A stretch of 60,159 bases of DNA, filler included, from Sanchytrium tribonematis (GCA_018985235.1; 9 parts of 9 records of this genome joined end to end with filler, not necessarily neighbours in it); one strand, 5' to 3'; counted from the whole stretch's first letter, positions 35,949 to 46,770 are shown. Translations and numbers: made by a program. The notes: generated by a model from the letters alone, not told the origin.

Positions 35949-36229
35949 ATAAAGTGTTTACCCATCCAATTCCCCCCGGGGGGACTTGTAAATCTCAACC
36001 AAATAACCTGTTCAATTCCCCCCGGGGAATTGAATGGATTTTGATAAATTTATTTGAAAAGCCAGAAGTATTGGTGTAATAATTATTAAGAAAATATGAT
36101 AAACAGATTAATATGAGATAACATATATCAATTTGAGGGGGGGGAATTGTATTTTTATAGCCAAAATCCTATTCAATTCCCCGGGGGGAATTGATCAGGA
36201 GGGGGGAATTGGATGGGTAAACACTTTAT
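35949..36229. mobile_element. MITE of about 280 bp, Tc1/mariner-like
   Basis: Perfect 29-bp inverted repeat 35949-35977 / 36201-36229, including a possible TA target duplication; second nested inverted repeat; no transposase. Confidence 0.8.
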
Positions 36230-36273
36230 TCTCCAATCACAATCTATTTTCAGGATCAAACACAATCGGAGAA

Positions 36274-37584
36274 ATGTCTTTTACAAAATTCATTCGACCA
36301 TTGACCATCCAAAATGGATCACCAGTGACACTACAAACTGATTTTAAATGGCTAGGTAATTCTATATTCAACAAACTACAATCTAGTAAAATTAATGAAC
36401 CCACAGATATTCAAAAATATACATGGGCATTTGCACAACAACAACGAGATATGATTGCTATTAGCAAGACAGGAAGTGGTAAAACATTGGGATTTTTAGG
36501 TGGTATTCAAAATAAGCAATCTTTGGTATTAGCACCCACGAGAGAATTAGTAGAACAAATTTCACAGGAATATATCAAGTATTTTGACCATAAAGTGGCT
36601 ACTGTATATGGTGGTGCCAGTAGATACACTCAAATTAAAGCATTACGACGCAATCCCACTTTAATTGTAGCTACACCGGGTAGATTATTGGATCTAATGC
36701 AAGAACAAATGGTGCCATTAAATATGGATGCAATGGTATTAGATGAAGCAGATAGAATGTTGGATATGGGATTTGAACAACAATTAAGGGATATCATGTC
36801 ACAAATCAAGAGAAAACAGACTTTAATGTTTAGTGCGACATGGCCCATGTCTATTCAAAAATTAGCCAATGAATTCTTGAATAATCATGTGCATATCTCA
36901 ATTGGAAGCACTGAATTATCATTAAACAAAGATGTGACTCATGAAATGCACTCTAAATGTGATAAAATGGAATTATTATTGAAGCAATTGCAAAATACAA
37001 GGGGAACTAAAACATTGATATTCTGCTCTACCAAAGTAATGGTAGATAAATTGCATAATATGCTACAAGCAGAGAACATTAAATCATCATTTATGCATGG
37101 AGATTGTTCACAAGCAGCACGTGATTTTGCATTGAGTAAATTTAAGCAACGTAGTGATATTTTAGTGGCTACAGATGTGTGTGGACGTGGAATAGATGTG
37201 AATGATGTAAAATATGTCATTAATTATGATATGCCACAAAATGCAGATGATTTTATTCACAGAATTGGAAGAACTGGAAGAGCAGGTAAAAAAGGACATG
37301 CAATAAGTTATTTGGGAGATAAAGATGTGAAAGTATGTAAGGAATTGGTACCCATCTTTAAAAATAGTGATATTGAAGTACCTAGTGCATTATTGGAAAT
37401 GTCAAAAATGAGAGATATGTCAAAATCACGTGGATTTGGAAATCGTGGATTTGCTAGTCGTGGTGGCTATGGAAATAGAGGAGGGATGAGTCGATTTAAT
37501 AGACCATCTACTGGTAGACCATCCACTGGATCATATAGCAGATCAGGGTCAAATTATCAATTTAAAAAGAGAAATGTTGAATAA
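36274..37584 (+). CDS. DEAD-box RNA helicase (Dbp2/DDX5-like)
   Basis: KTGSGKT, PTREL, DEAD, SAT, HRIGRTGR, RG-rich tail; first ATG at 36274. Confidence 0.95.
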   Translation: MSFTKFIRPLTIQNGSPVTLQTDFKWLGNSIFNKLQSSKINEPTDIQKYTWAFAQQQRDMIAISKTGSGKTLGFLGGIQNKQSLVLAPTRELVEQISQEYIKYFDHKVATVYGGASRYTQIKALRRNPTLIVATPGRLLDLMQEQMVPLNMDAMVLDEADRMLDMGFEQQLRDIMSQIKRKQTLMFSATWPMSIQKLANEFLNNHVHISIGSTELSLNKDVTHEMHSKCDKMELLLKQLQNTRGTKTLIFCSTKVMVDKLHNMLQAENIKSSFMHGDCSQAARDFALSKFKQRSDILVATDVCGRGIDVNDVKYVINYDMPQNADDFIHRIGRTGRAGKKGHAISYLGDKDVKVCKELVPIFKNSDIEVPSALLEMSKMRDMSKSRGFGNRGFASRGGYGNRGGMSRFNRPSTGRPSTGSYSRSGSNYQFKKRNVE

Positions 37585-37589
37585 ATAAT

Positions 37590-39026
37590 TTATTGTTTTA
37601 AAATGGATTTGAGATAAGTGGCATCTTGTTGCAATTGATGAATCTCTTTATTCATGTGTTGAGAAGATTGATAATTCATGAATTGAGTATTGGTGACCAT
37701 TTGAATGATTTGAGCGTGTTTGACTTTAGGAATCAATTTTTGCCAATATTGATCTACATTAGAATGTTGTGGTTTAAAATGCATTAAATACGATTTATAA
37801 GATGCATCTATTGGTTTATCATGTAAATATTGTAATAAATAATCAAATTGGGATATTTTGGAGATTTGAAGAGATTTCAAAAAATATTCCAAATTCAATT
37901 CAAATGCGTCAGACTCATTTTTATCAACTTGTGATAATTCTAATGGTACTAAATTGGTTAATTGACTAAATACATCATTTAATACTGCCATTTGATCCTT
38001 TTGCAAGTAAATTAATGCTTGTTGCGTGATTTTAGATAATTGCAATTCATTTGATTTCAGCACATTAGAATTGATTTCTACTGCTTGTAAATGTTGATTA
38101 GAGATATAATCACTCAAATCATTGATCTCAGATACCAATTGCATCATTTCTTGCTCTTTTAATTGCCATAATTCATTATAATTAGCGTGTAATTTATTTA
38201 AACTATTTTTATGATTTGATGTCACATTCAACATTTTACCATTCATGGTTTTAGCCAATTCATCTCTATCATGTTGAGTTGATTTTAATAATTCTTGTTT
38301 ATTCATTTTCTCTTGTCGTTGTTTATTCAATTTATCAATTAATTGAGTTAGTTGTCGCTTTAATCCATTCAATATTATCCCATTTTCTTCTTCTTGTTTA
38401 GATAATACCACTAAATTATGATCAATCTTTTCAGAATTAGAAATACAAGTTGCTTTTAAAACATCAAATTGTTGTTGAATCAAAAACACAGATTTAGTAG
38501 ATGCTTTCCATTCTATCTCAGATTGTTGATGTTGATGTGTCTTTATTGCTAATAATTGATCCATAGAAGTCTCTAAATACTCTAATTTCTTGGTAGTAAA
38601 TGCATTAAATTGCTTAGAAATCATTTGAATCCAATTCTGAATCTCTAGTTGATACCCATTCGCATTCTCTTCAATTTTAGACTGTTGTAAATTCATTTGA
38701 ATCTCTTGTTTTTCTTTCAATTCCATTTGAAATTGATTCAATAATTCATCCATTTTCAATTTCCATTCATCTATTAAACGAGGTACTTGACTCAATTCAT
38801 TTCTCACTACATAATCCACATATTTATTAAAATCAATCAATATTAAATTCACTTTGTGTTTATTCTCTAAAATCAATTTCATCTCCATATTTTCCATTTC
38901 TGCTTCTTTTTCATTAATTTGAGTCATTATTTGAGTAAATCTTTTATTAATTTGTGATTCTAGTTGGTTGATTCTCATATTGATGTCATTTGAGAGTGAT
39001 TCTGATAATTGGGTCAAATCAGTCAT
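37590..39026 (-). CDS. Hypothetical coiled-coil protein
   Basis: 478-aa Q/L/E/K-rich heptad-like sequence. Confidence 0.7.
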   Translation of the reverse strand: MTDLTQLSESLSNDINMRINQLESQINKRFTQIMTQINEKEAEMENMEMKLILENKHKVNLILIDFNKYVDYVVRNELSQVPRLIDEWKLKMDELLNQFQMELKEKQEIQMNLQQSKIEENANGYQLEIQNWIQMISKQFNAFTTKKLEYLETSMDQLLAIKTHQHQQSEIEWKASTKSVFLIQQQFDVLKATCISNSEKIDHNLVVLSKQEEENGIILNGLKRQLTQLIDKLNKQRQEKMNKQELLKSTQHDRDELAKTMNGKMLNVTSNHKNSLNKLHANYNELWQLKEQEMMQLVSEINDLSDYISNQHLQAVEINSNVLKSNELQLSKITQQALIYLQKDQMAVLNDVFSQLTNLVPLELSQVDKNESDAFELNLEYFLKSLQISKISQFDYLLQYLHDKPIDASYKSYLMHFKPQHSNVDQYWQKLIPKVKHAQIIQMVTNTQFMNYQSSQHMNKEIHQLQQDATYLKSILKQ

Positions 39027-39159
39027 TTAAAATTGACCTTGTTTGAGAATGAGAAAAGAATAATTAGTGGATTGGATATAGATTAATGGCACAAATAATA
39101 CACTTGATGTGATGATGGAAATGAATGTGTTTGATCCTCTTTTTAAAAACTCCATTTAT

Positions 39160-40107
39160 TTATTGTTTACCTCCAGTGATCACAACATAACCATCTGTAT
39201 CTGGATTTTTTTCAGTTACGGGTGATGCCATTTCAGCCGATTGCACCAAATTTGCTTGAGGGTGTCTTACACTAGTGTATCTCTTTCCAGCAGATCCAAA
39301 CAATAATTTGATGATGTACGCAAATGCCATTAATGGAAAAAATACTTCTGCTGGCCATAAATTGACTGAAGGGTCAACTTGAGCATATTTTGCTCTTGAT
39401 TTTGCCAACGTTAACAAAGCCTCTTGCCGCGCCAATCTTCCGTAGTAAATATTATAATTGTGTATCCATTTTTTGTCACATTCTTCCAAGTTTTCATTTC
39501 CTTCGCACTTTGGATAAGTTGCTTTTCGACTATCACAAAAGATTGACTCCACCAAAGCAATTTCAATTTTTGGAGTCACTTCATCGCCTTTATTGGGCAA
39601 TGTGGGCATACGACAAGAACCTTCATCATATTGGTTCCTCATTTCCAATTCATCCCAATCCACGCTTTCGTAAATCAACTTGCTTTTTTGCAAGTTTACC
39701 AAAAATTCTCGACTATCTCTAATCTCTTTGCCAATTAATGCTGCTAAAAATATAGCAGTAAATGCCAAAATCATGATTTCTTTCGCGCTACCATCCTTCA
39801 CTTGAAAAGGATGATTTGTTTTAATCATTTCTAACAATTCCATGGCATTTTCACGATTCAATCTTTGAATGCTCAGCTTGAGACGGTGATGCAGATGTAG
39901 TACTCTATCAACTGGAAAACCATCGATGGGGCATGCTGATTCAATTTTCTCACTCCATTTACTGTAGCAATCCATGGCTGCTTGTTGGTACTCTTGACCA
40001 ATGTTTGCTAATTCTCTAGCATATCTCATTACATTGCGCACAATCTGACTTTGATATCCGCCTTTGTTTAAACTTGCTAAACAACAGAGCAGCACCAAAT
40101 ACAACAT
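39160..40107 (-). CDS. Hypothetical membrane protein
   Basis: Signal-like MLYLVLLCCLA plus two hydrophobic segments. Confidence 0.65.
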   Translation of the reverse strand: MLYLVLLCCLASLNKGGYQSQIVRNVMRYARELANIGQEYQQAAMDCYSKWSEKIESACPIDGFPVDRVLHLHHRLKLSIQRLNRENAMELLEMIKTNHPFQVKDGSAKEIMILAFTAIFLAALIGKEIRDSREFLVNLQKSKLIYESVDWDELEMRNQYDEGSCRMPTLPNKGDEVTPKIEIALVESIFCDSRKATYPKCEGNENLEECDKKWIHNYNIYYGRLARQEALLTLAKSRAKYAQVDPSVNLWPAEVFFPLMAFAYIIKLLFGSAGKRYTSVRHPQANLVQSAEMASPVTEKNPDTDGYVVITGGKQ

Positions 40108-40503
40108 GTTTAAAGACACTCCCCCTGTTGATCCGTGTGATCTGTGGGTTGATCTGTGAGTCAATCATCATTTATTGCATAAATTCAAGCATCTCTCACT
40201 GTTATAATCTCATNNNNNNNNNNNNNNNNNNNNNNNNNNNNNNNNNNNNNNNNNNNNTTAATTAATTAANNNNNNNNNNNNNNNNNNNNNNNNNNNNNNN
40301 NNNNNNNNNNNNNAGATACAACACATGGGGCTCTAAAAAGAAATCCAACTACTGACTTTTCAAGAAAATCTGTCGCATTTACGTGCATTGAAGCCAAAGA
40401 AGTAATTGCAATCATTAGAAAATATCGATCTACTGAACCGGTACATAAATTGAGTAACTAGAAATAAAAATCAATCCCATATTTTTTCAAAACCCCTCCA
40501 AAC

Positions 40504-40857
40504 ATGTTCAAAAAAATCAAGCAAGTATTATCTGTCAATCCCACTCTATTAGATTCCAATGTACGCACTAAAACATTCAGATATCCATCACCAGGATCTC
40601 AACCTACATATGAAGCACCCAATACAGAAGCATCAGATATTGCAGATAATCCATATTATAAAAGAGATGGTCGTAAATCATCCCCATCTATTCTCACAGT
40701 CACTAAACAACAATTATTACAGAATAAAGATGCATCTGGTGAATTAAAAGAGATATTGCCACCTCCATTAAATTCAAAAGTGCATATTTATACAGTTGCA
40801 ACTGAACAACCACCTCATCCAAAAGGAGATTATTTCCCAATTGTCAATTATAAATAA
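40504..40857 (+). CDS. Complex I accessory subunit NDUFA7/NUZM-like
   Basis: RYPSPGSQP...ASDIADNPYYKRDGR. Confidence 0.8.
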   Translation: MFKKIKQVLSVNPTLLDSNVRTKTFRYPSPGSQPTYEAPNTEASDIADNPYYKRDGRKSSPSILTVTKQQLLQNKDASGELKEILPPPLNSKVHIYTVATEQPPHPKGDYFPIVNYK

Positions 40858-40865
40858 ATATTGAT

Positions 40866-42677
40866 TTATTTTGTTTGTTTTTGTTGATTGGACCACAATT
40901 GATGATAAAATCCCTTTTTTTCTAATAATTCCAAATGTGTGCCATATTCTTGTATTTTACCATGATTTAAATAATAAATTACATCCGAATCATACGCAAT
41001 CGTACTCAATCGATGCGCAATCACCAATGATGTAATATGCTCTTGTTTTAATTTTGCATTTAAATTGGCCATGACGTGTTTCTCGGTATTCATATCCAAT
41101 GCAGAAGTGGGTTCATCCAACAACATCATTTTAACATCTTTTAAAAGAACACGGGCTAATAAAATACGTTGTTTTTCACCTCCACTTAATTTTAAACCAC
41201 GTTCTCCGCAATTTGTGAGATATCCTTCTGGCAATGATTCTATAAATTCATGAATATGTGCTAATTTAGCAGCTTCTTTCACTTGTTCTACTGATTTATT
41301 CGTGCCATATTGGATATTATATAAAATAGACTGATTAAATAAAGAGTGATCTTGTGGTAAAATACCCATATGGGGCCTATACGAATCCCAATTTAAATCA
41401 GATATCACTTGATTATCGAGTAAAATACGACCAGAATCCACATTATAATGTCGGAATATCAATTTGATTAATGTGGATTTGCCACATCCAGATGGGCCAC
41501 AAATACCAATGCGTTGGCCACCTTGGATATTCATGGAGATACCTTGTAAAATATGCTTTTTACCATGATAAAAATGGATATTATCGAGTTGAATTTGACC
41601 CGATTTGAGTTGAAAGGATTGTTTGCCATTTTCAAACACGGGTTTTTCATCTTTTAATTTGAGTAAGATGCTCATATCTATCATGGATTGCTTCAATTCC
41701 CTATAGACACTACCTAAAAAGTTTAATGGGGCAGCTAATTGGAATAATAATGCATTTATCATGACTAAATCACCTACAGTCAAATCTCCCATTAAAATAC
41801 CTTGGGATGCAATATACATTAAATAGGTCAATCCACTTGTAAATATGAGTTGTTGTCCACCATTTAAGAATGCTAGTGAGTAACTCGTTTGTAAACTGGC
41901 TGATTCATATTCTTTCAAAGATTTGTTGTAATTTTCAACTTCAAATGCTTCTGTGGCATTATATTTGACATGTTCAATGTTGATTAGGGCATCTGTAGCA
42001 GTAGTGGCTGCATTATTATCTGCTTTATTCATATATCTTCTAAACTTGGTTCTCCAGGAAGTCGTTAAAAGTGTAAATGCAGAATATGCTGAAATGCTTG
42101 CTAATGTGCCTACAACAAATGTGGTACCGTATTTATATCCTAATAAACAACAGACGAGTGATAATTCAAATGCAGTGGGGACAATATGGAATACCATGGC
42201 ATTTAAAACAAAACTTATTCCTTTTGTGCCTCTATCTATAGATCTTTGTAGCCCACCTGTTTGTCTATTTAGATGATATGGCATATCTAATGAGAGTATG
42301 TGTTCATAAGTGGATTTAGCCACTTGTCTAATGGTTTTATTGGCAATATTGGCAAAAACAGCAGATCTTAATTCACTGGCTGTAGATGCCAAACTACGCA
42401 CGACACCGTATCCCAATATACCATAAAAGACATGTTTTGGTTGATGAATATGATCTACGACGTATTTGAGTAGTAATGGTACTTGGATATTCAATAATTT
42501 GCCACTTATTAATAAACCCATTGCTAATTTGACAGTGGATTTGGTTTTTGGATCATCTTTTGGCCATACGTAATGACCTAGCATCTTCAGTATCTGCATA
42601 TCTACTTTGCCAGTGTTTTTATTTGTCTTCAAAATGGGTAATTTAGAGGACTGGCGACGTGAAATGAATCGGAGCAT
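40866..42677 (-). CDS. ATM1: Mitochondrial ABC transporter Atm1/ABCB7
   Basis: RQTGGLQRSIDRG, PLNFLGSVYRE, Walker A GPSGCGKST, LSGGEKQR. Confidence 0.96.
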   Translation of the reverse strand: MLRFISRRQSSKLPILKTNKNTGKVDMQILKMLGHYVWPKDDPKTKSTVKLAMGLLISGKLLNIQVPLLLKYVVDHIHQPKHVFYGILGYGVVRSLASTASELRSAVFANIANKTIRQVAKSTYEHILSLDMPYHLNRQTGGLQRSIDRGTKGISFVLNAMVFHIVPTAFELSLVCCLLGYKYGTTFVVGTLASISAYSAFTLLTTSWRTKFRRYMNKADNNAATTATDALINIEHVKYNATEAFEVENYNKSLKEYESASLQTSYSLAFLNGGQQLIFTSGLTYLMYIASQGILMGDLTVGDLVMINALLFQLAAPLNFLGSVYRELKQSMIDMSILLKLKDEKPVFENGKQSFQLKSGQIQLDNIHFYHGKKHILQGISMNIQGGQRIGICGPSGCGKSTLIKLIFRHYNVDSGRILLDNQVISDLNWDSYRPHMGILPQDHSLFNQSILYNIQYGTNKSVEQVKEAAKLAHIHEFIESLPEGYLTNCGERGLKLSGGEKQRILLARVLLKDVKMMLLDEPTSALDMNTEKHVMANLNAKLKQEHITSLVIAHRLSTIAYDSDVIYYLNHGKIQEYGTHLELLEKKGFYHQLWSNQQKQTK

Positions 42678-42726
42678 TATTGTTTCAAGTGGTTAAATTG
42701 CAAAGTTGTAAAACTAGTTTTATTTA

Positions 42727-43662
42727 TTAGCCCAATAATGCATCAAATGCATCCACTGCTTTACTAATAATCTCATCTGGATCTTCAAATGCCCACAATG
42801 GATATCTTGCTAAATAAACAGCATAAATTAAAGTTCTAATTTTATATCTTCTTTCAATTATTACGCCTGTTTTCATAATATAATCATTCACCATATCAGA
42901 TTTAAACTGCAACACACGCGCACGATTGAATTTATTGGGTTTTTGAGCCATTAACCATAAATTACCACAACATTGTGCAATATCTTCTAATCCATATCCA
43001 AATCTAGCTGTTTCCCAATCTACTATATAAATTGTATTGGTTTTAAAATTGAGACAGATGGAATTGGGCCAGAAATCACCCATAATGAGATTAGAATGAT
43101 TGGTGAATTCAGGTAATTGATCATTTTGAAATGGTTTCAAGGCTGGAGATGGGTCATTTAACATGGTATTATGGAAATAATGGTTTGTTTGACGGGCTAG
43201 TGGATTAATGAATAGGTCTGGTGCATCAGAAGCAGGATATTGGTGTAAATTGACAAAAAAATCCATAATTTGAGAATGCAAATTGTTCCATTTTAAATGG
43301 TTGTTTTCATTTAAAAAATAATCTTCTAAAGATACAATCTCTTTTCCACCATCTTCCATGACTAGAACATAATCAGCATCAATAAAATGGACCAATTTGG
43401 GTACTTTGACGAATTGAGTGTTAAATTGATGAAATGTGGATAAAACTTGTTTTTCTACAAAATATCTTTGTTGTGAGTATTGATAAGTAGTATCGGATGA
43501 TAAATGTGGTGGATATTGTTTAAGAACAAGTGATTTATCGGGAAATGTTAATCGATACACATAATTGACACCCCCGCCTGTTATTTTATGACAGGATATG
43601 ACATTTTTAAATTGCTGTTGAGCATATTGTAAGACTTGCACAGAGTCACTAAAATCAATCAT
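42727..43662 (-). CDS. APH/methylthioribose-kinase-like phosphotransferase
   Basis: GGVNYVYR, VMED, MGDFWPNSI, VDWE. Confidence 0.85.
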   Translation of the reverse strand: MIDFSDSVQVLQYAQQQFKNVISCHKITGGGVNYVYRLTFPDKSLVLKQYPPHLSSDTTYQYSQQRYFVEKQVLSTFHQFNTQFVKVPKLVHFIDADYVLVMEDGGKEIVSLEDYFLNENNHLKWNNLHSQIMDFFVNLHQYPASDAPDLFINPLARQTNHYFHNTMLNDPSPALKPFQNDQLPEFTNHSNLIMGDFWPNSICLNFKTNTIYIVDWETARFGYGLEDIAQCCGNLWLMAQKPNKFNRARVLQFKSDMVNDYIMKTGVIIERRYKIRTLIYAVYLARYPLWAFEDPDEIISKAVDAFDALLG

Positions 43663-43697
43663 GTGTCAAAAAATATTAAAATTCTTTTTTGGGGCAC

Positions 43698-45539
43698 ATG
43701 AAACAATTCATTTCTCGTAAAATGTCCATCAAATCAGAATTACCCCAATTCAACCCATCTAAATCCACATTATCCAATATCCAATCCTATTATCAATCTA
43801 CTCCAACCCACACATTATTTGAATTCCAATCCAAATTACCCAAATTACCAGTCCCCAAATTACAAGACACCCTCACCAAATATTTACAATCTTTAAAACC
43901 CATTATTCCATCTGATCAATACAATAGAACCCAATCTATTATCCAACAATTCTTAAAAGACCCCATCTCAAATACATTACAAGATCGATTAATTCAAAAA
44001 TCCACTTCTAAATATGGCTGGTTGCATGAATTATGGCTCAACTATGCTTATTTAGAATGGAGAGAAAGATCAGCTGGTAATGTCAATTTCTTTTACCAAT
44101 TCAAGAAATTCTCCAATTCTCAATCCCACACGGCTGCTCTTTTAATCCGTGAAATGATGGGTTTCCGTCAAACTATTTTCGATCACTCCCTTTCCCCAGA
44201 AATGAATAAAGACACCCCATTATGCTCCCACATGTACAATTATCTATTCAACACGACTAGAATCCCTTTAAAACCACGTGATCAAGTGACCACTCAATTA
44301 AACACAAATCACATTGTTGTATTTTATAGGCATCATCTATACACTTTAAACCCTATTATCAACAACCAGTTACTCTCAGTGAATGAAATCAAGCACCAAA
44401 TCAATCAAATATTAAATCAAGATGAATATGGCCCAGGATTAGGCGCATTAACCAGCTGGCATCGTGATGAATGGTCTAATGTCTACCATTCTTTATTAAA
44501 TGACCCCATCAACTCCAAATCATTAGCCCATCTCCAATCTGCTGCATTTGTACTTTGTTTAGATGAATCTGCTCCTATTTCTTTAGAACAATCTGCCATT
44601 CAATTATTGTATGGAGACATCAAAAATAGATGGTTTGACAAGTCTATCCAATTAATAGTCTGTCAAAATGGCGTATCAGGATTCAATAATGAGCATTCTC
44701 AAATGGATGGCACCATCAATAGCAGATTAGCAGATACCATCCTCACCCATATCTTCAATCAACCAGATCATGGTACAGATTCACTCAGTGCATCCCAATT
44801 AAGTGCATTAGCCCCTACTCGCTTGCCATTTCATATTTCCCCTCAAATTCAAAATCAAATATCTCATTCTGTCTCTGATTTCCAAAAATGGGCCAATGCA
44901 CATTACTGTAATGTATTAGCATATTATGGACATGGCAAATCACTCATTAAAACATTTAAAATATCACCAGATGCGTATATTCAAATGGCATTACAATTGG
45001 CGTATTTTAAATTACATGGCAAAGTCGTGCCTACGTATGAATCTGCACAAATTCGTAAATATCAATATGGTAGAACAGAAACATGCAGATCTACAAGTAC
45101 TGCATCCACTCAATTTGTACACGCCATGGAGAATCCACAAATGGATAAATTAGAAAAAACAAAGTATTTAAAATTAGCAATTCAAGCACATGCACAGTAT
45201 ATGAAAGATGCCGTGAATGGATATGGCGTAGATCGACATTTATTGGGTTTAAAACATTGTTTGTTGCCTAATGAACCCATTCCTTCTATTTTTCAAGATT
45301 TGTCATACAGTGTTTCATGTCATTGGAAAATGAGTACTTCTCAATTAAGTAGTGAATATTATGATGGGTATGGCTGGGTGGAAGTTGTACCAGATGGATA
45401 TGGATTGGCTTATTGTATTAAAAATGAGTCAATTCATGTGAATATGATGGGAATGGTAGATTGTAGTGGAATGCGACAAAAAATGGTGGAAGCATTGGAA
45501 GATATGAAGTGGTTGTTGATGCCAAGTAGTAAATTGTAA
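43698..45539 (+). CDS. Carnitine O-acetyltransferase
   Basis: LPKLPVP, NRWFDK, EHSQMDG, YGRTET, GVDRHLLGL. Confidence 0.95.
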   Translation: MKQFISRKMSIKSELPQFNPSKSTLSNIQSYYQSTPTHTLFEFQSKLPKLPVPKLQDTLTKYLQSLKPIIPSDQYNRTQSIIQQFLKDPISNTLQDRLIQKSTSKYGWLHELWLNYAYLEWRERSAGNVNFFYQFKKFSNSQSHTAALLIREMMGFRQTIFDHSLSPEMNKDTPLCSHMYNYLFNTTRIPLKPRDQVTTQLNTNHIVVFYRHHLYTLNPIINNQLLSVNEIKHQINQILNQDEYGPGLGALTSWHRDEWSNVYHSLLNDPINSKSLAHLQSAAFVLCLDESAPISLEQSAIQLLYGDIKNRWFDKSIQLIVCQNGVSGFNNEHSQMDGTINSRLADTILTHIFNQPDHGTDSLSASQLSALAPTRLPFHISPQIQNQISHSVSDFQKWANAHYCNVLAYYGHGKSLIKTFKISPDAYIQMALQLAYFKLHGKVVPTYESAQIRKYQYGRTETCRSTSTASTQFVHAMENPQMDKLEKTKYLKLAIQAHAQYMKDAVNGYGVDRHLLGLKHCLLPNEPIPSIFQDLSYSVSCHWKMSTSQLSSEYYDGYGWVEVVPDGYGLAYCIKNESIHVNMMGMVDCSGMRQKMVEALEDMKWLLMPSSKL

Positions 45540-45552
45540 AAGAATAAATGAT

Positions 45553-45804
45553 TTAATGATTGATGCGTCTGCAACGATTTTGTTTTGATCCACCATATTT
45601 GTAATAGCATGTTGACTTAACGCTGAGATTTGCTATGCATTTTCCATGAGAGTTGCAAGAATCGCGAGTCCCTTGGCAGTATTTGTTATCGTAATTGGGA
45701 CCACAATTAGACTCGACATGTTTTGGAGGATCCGCACAATTTTCCACTTTATCCACCAAAACTGCACACTGTGAATAAATGCTCAAGGTCAAGAATGCCA
45801 ACAT
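45553..45804 (-). CDS. Small Cys-rich secreted protein, degenerate hevein-like
   Basis: Signal-like start; CGPNYDNKYC...CNSHGKC. Confidence 0.55.
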   Translation of the reverse strand: MLAFLTLSIYSQCAVLVDKVENCADPPKHVESNCGPNYDNKYCQGTRDSCNSHGKCIANLSVKSTCYYKYGGSKQNRCRRINH

Positions 45805-45966
45805 ACAATATGGGGCATCGTCTCTATTTATCCCCAAAAATTATAACTGTTTAGCCGACAAGTGATTGCAACAATATGGCAAGGATGAAATTGATTGGTC
45901 CACTATTAATGCGGTATACTTGCTGCAAAACGGATACTTGTCAATTAAAATCAAAAGATCAATGAT

Positions 45967-46770
45967 TTATTGAGATGATAGACCATTTGGATCAGATTGA
46001 TAATGTGTAGGAGGCTTTTTTGTCACTGGTGGTTTGGGTTGCGTATCTGGTTGCTTGTATTTTGTGCGTTTGATGTTGAATTCGCATGATTTGACTTTGC
46101 AAATATTGCCAGTGACTATCGTATTAGTGCACTGTATAGAAATGCCTTTGGTATTGGGTGGTGTGTTGACGGTATTTAAATCCACTTGAGACCAGCAAAA
46201 TGATGGATCTGCTTTTGTAGCACGTAATTCGATATTGGTGACATTAAATCGAGGTGGATTGGAATGCCAGCCATTGGCAGGTTCAATCATGAAAATGGCC
46301 CATGCTTGAGTTTGTCCCTTTAAATCAAATTTGAAAATAATGGGATGTTTGCCATTGATGTAAATGGTTTGGATCCAAATTGTCTTTTTTAATTCCATGA
46401 CCATTCTCAATTCATCACCTACTCTAACAGGTACTCGATCACCCCCATAACAGCCTGTAAATCCAGGTTCACGGCCAATTGTATTGACGTATTGGCCACT
46501 GATCCACCATGTTTTATCCAAATTAAACGAGGCATTGGATGGATTTGGAGCACATGAATCCCCATAAGTCAATACGGGTTGTAAAACGCCATTATCGATT
46601 GGATAATATGTTTTAGAGCCACCAGGTTGCAATCCAGGCCAAATAAATAGAGTTTCCCATTCTTTATTGGGTAATGGTGGAACATTCATGGTAGATGCGA
46701 AATAAGTAAATGGAGCAACATCTCCATTTGTGTACCAATTGGCCCATGCAGATACTTGTGGGTAAAACAT
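45967..46770 (-). CDS. Putative secreted beta-sandwich protein of unknown function
   Basis: FIWPGLQP...NGVLQPVLTYG; Cys pairs; Pro/Lys tail. Confidence 0.65.
   Translation of the reverse strand: MFYPQVSAWANWYTNGDVAPFTYFASTMNVPPLPNKEWETLFIWPGLQPGGSKTYYPIDNGVLQPVLTYGDSCAPNPSNASFNLDKTWWISGQYVNTIGREPGFTGCYGGDRVPVRVGDELRMVMELKKTIWIQTIYINGKHPIIFKFDLKGQTQAWAIFMIEPANGWHSNPPRFNVTNIELRATKADPSFCWSQVDLNTVNTPPNTKGISIQCTNTIVTGNICKVKSCEFNIKRTKYKQPDTQPKPPVTKKPPTHYQSDPNGLSSQ

Noticed and set aside
36133..36273. N-terminal extension of the DEAD-box helicase
   Set aside because: TTG start lies inside the MITE; first ATG is at 36274
14468..45539. Non-standard genetic code (stop reassignment or CUG change)
   Set aside because: Conserved genes read through intact and end at TAA/TGA; CTG occupies a conserved Leu in RPC2 (GLVKNLAL); the split ORFs in host genes are explained by micro-introns
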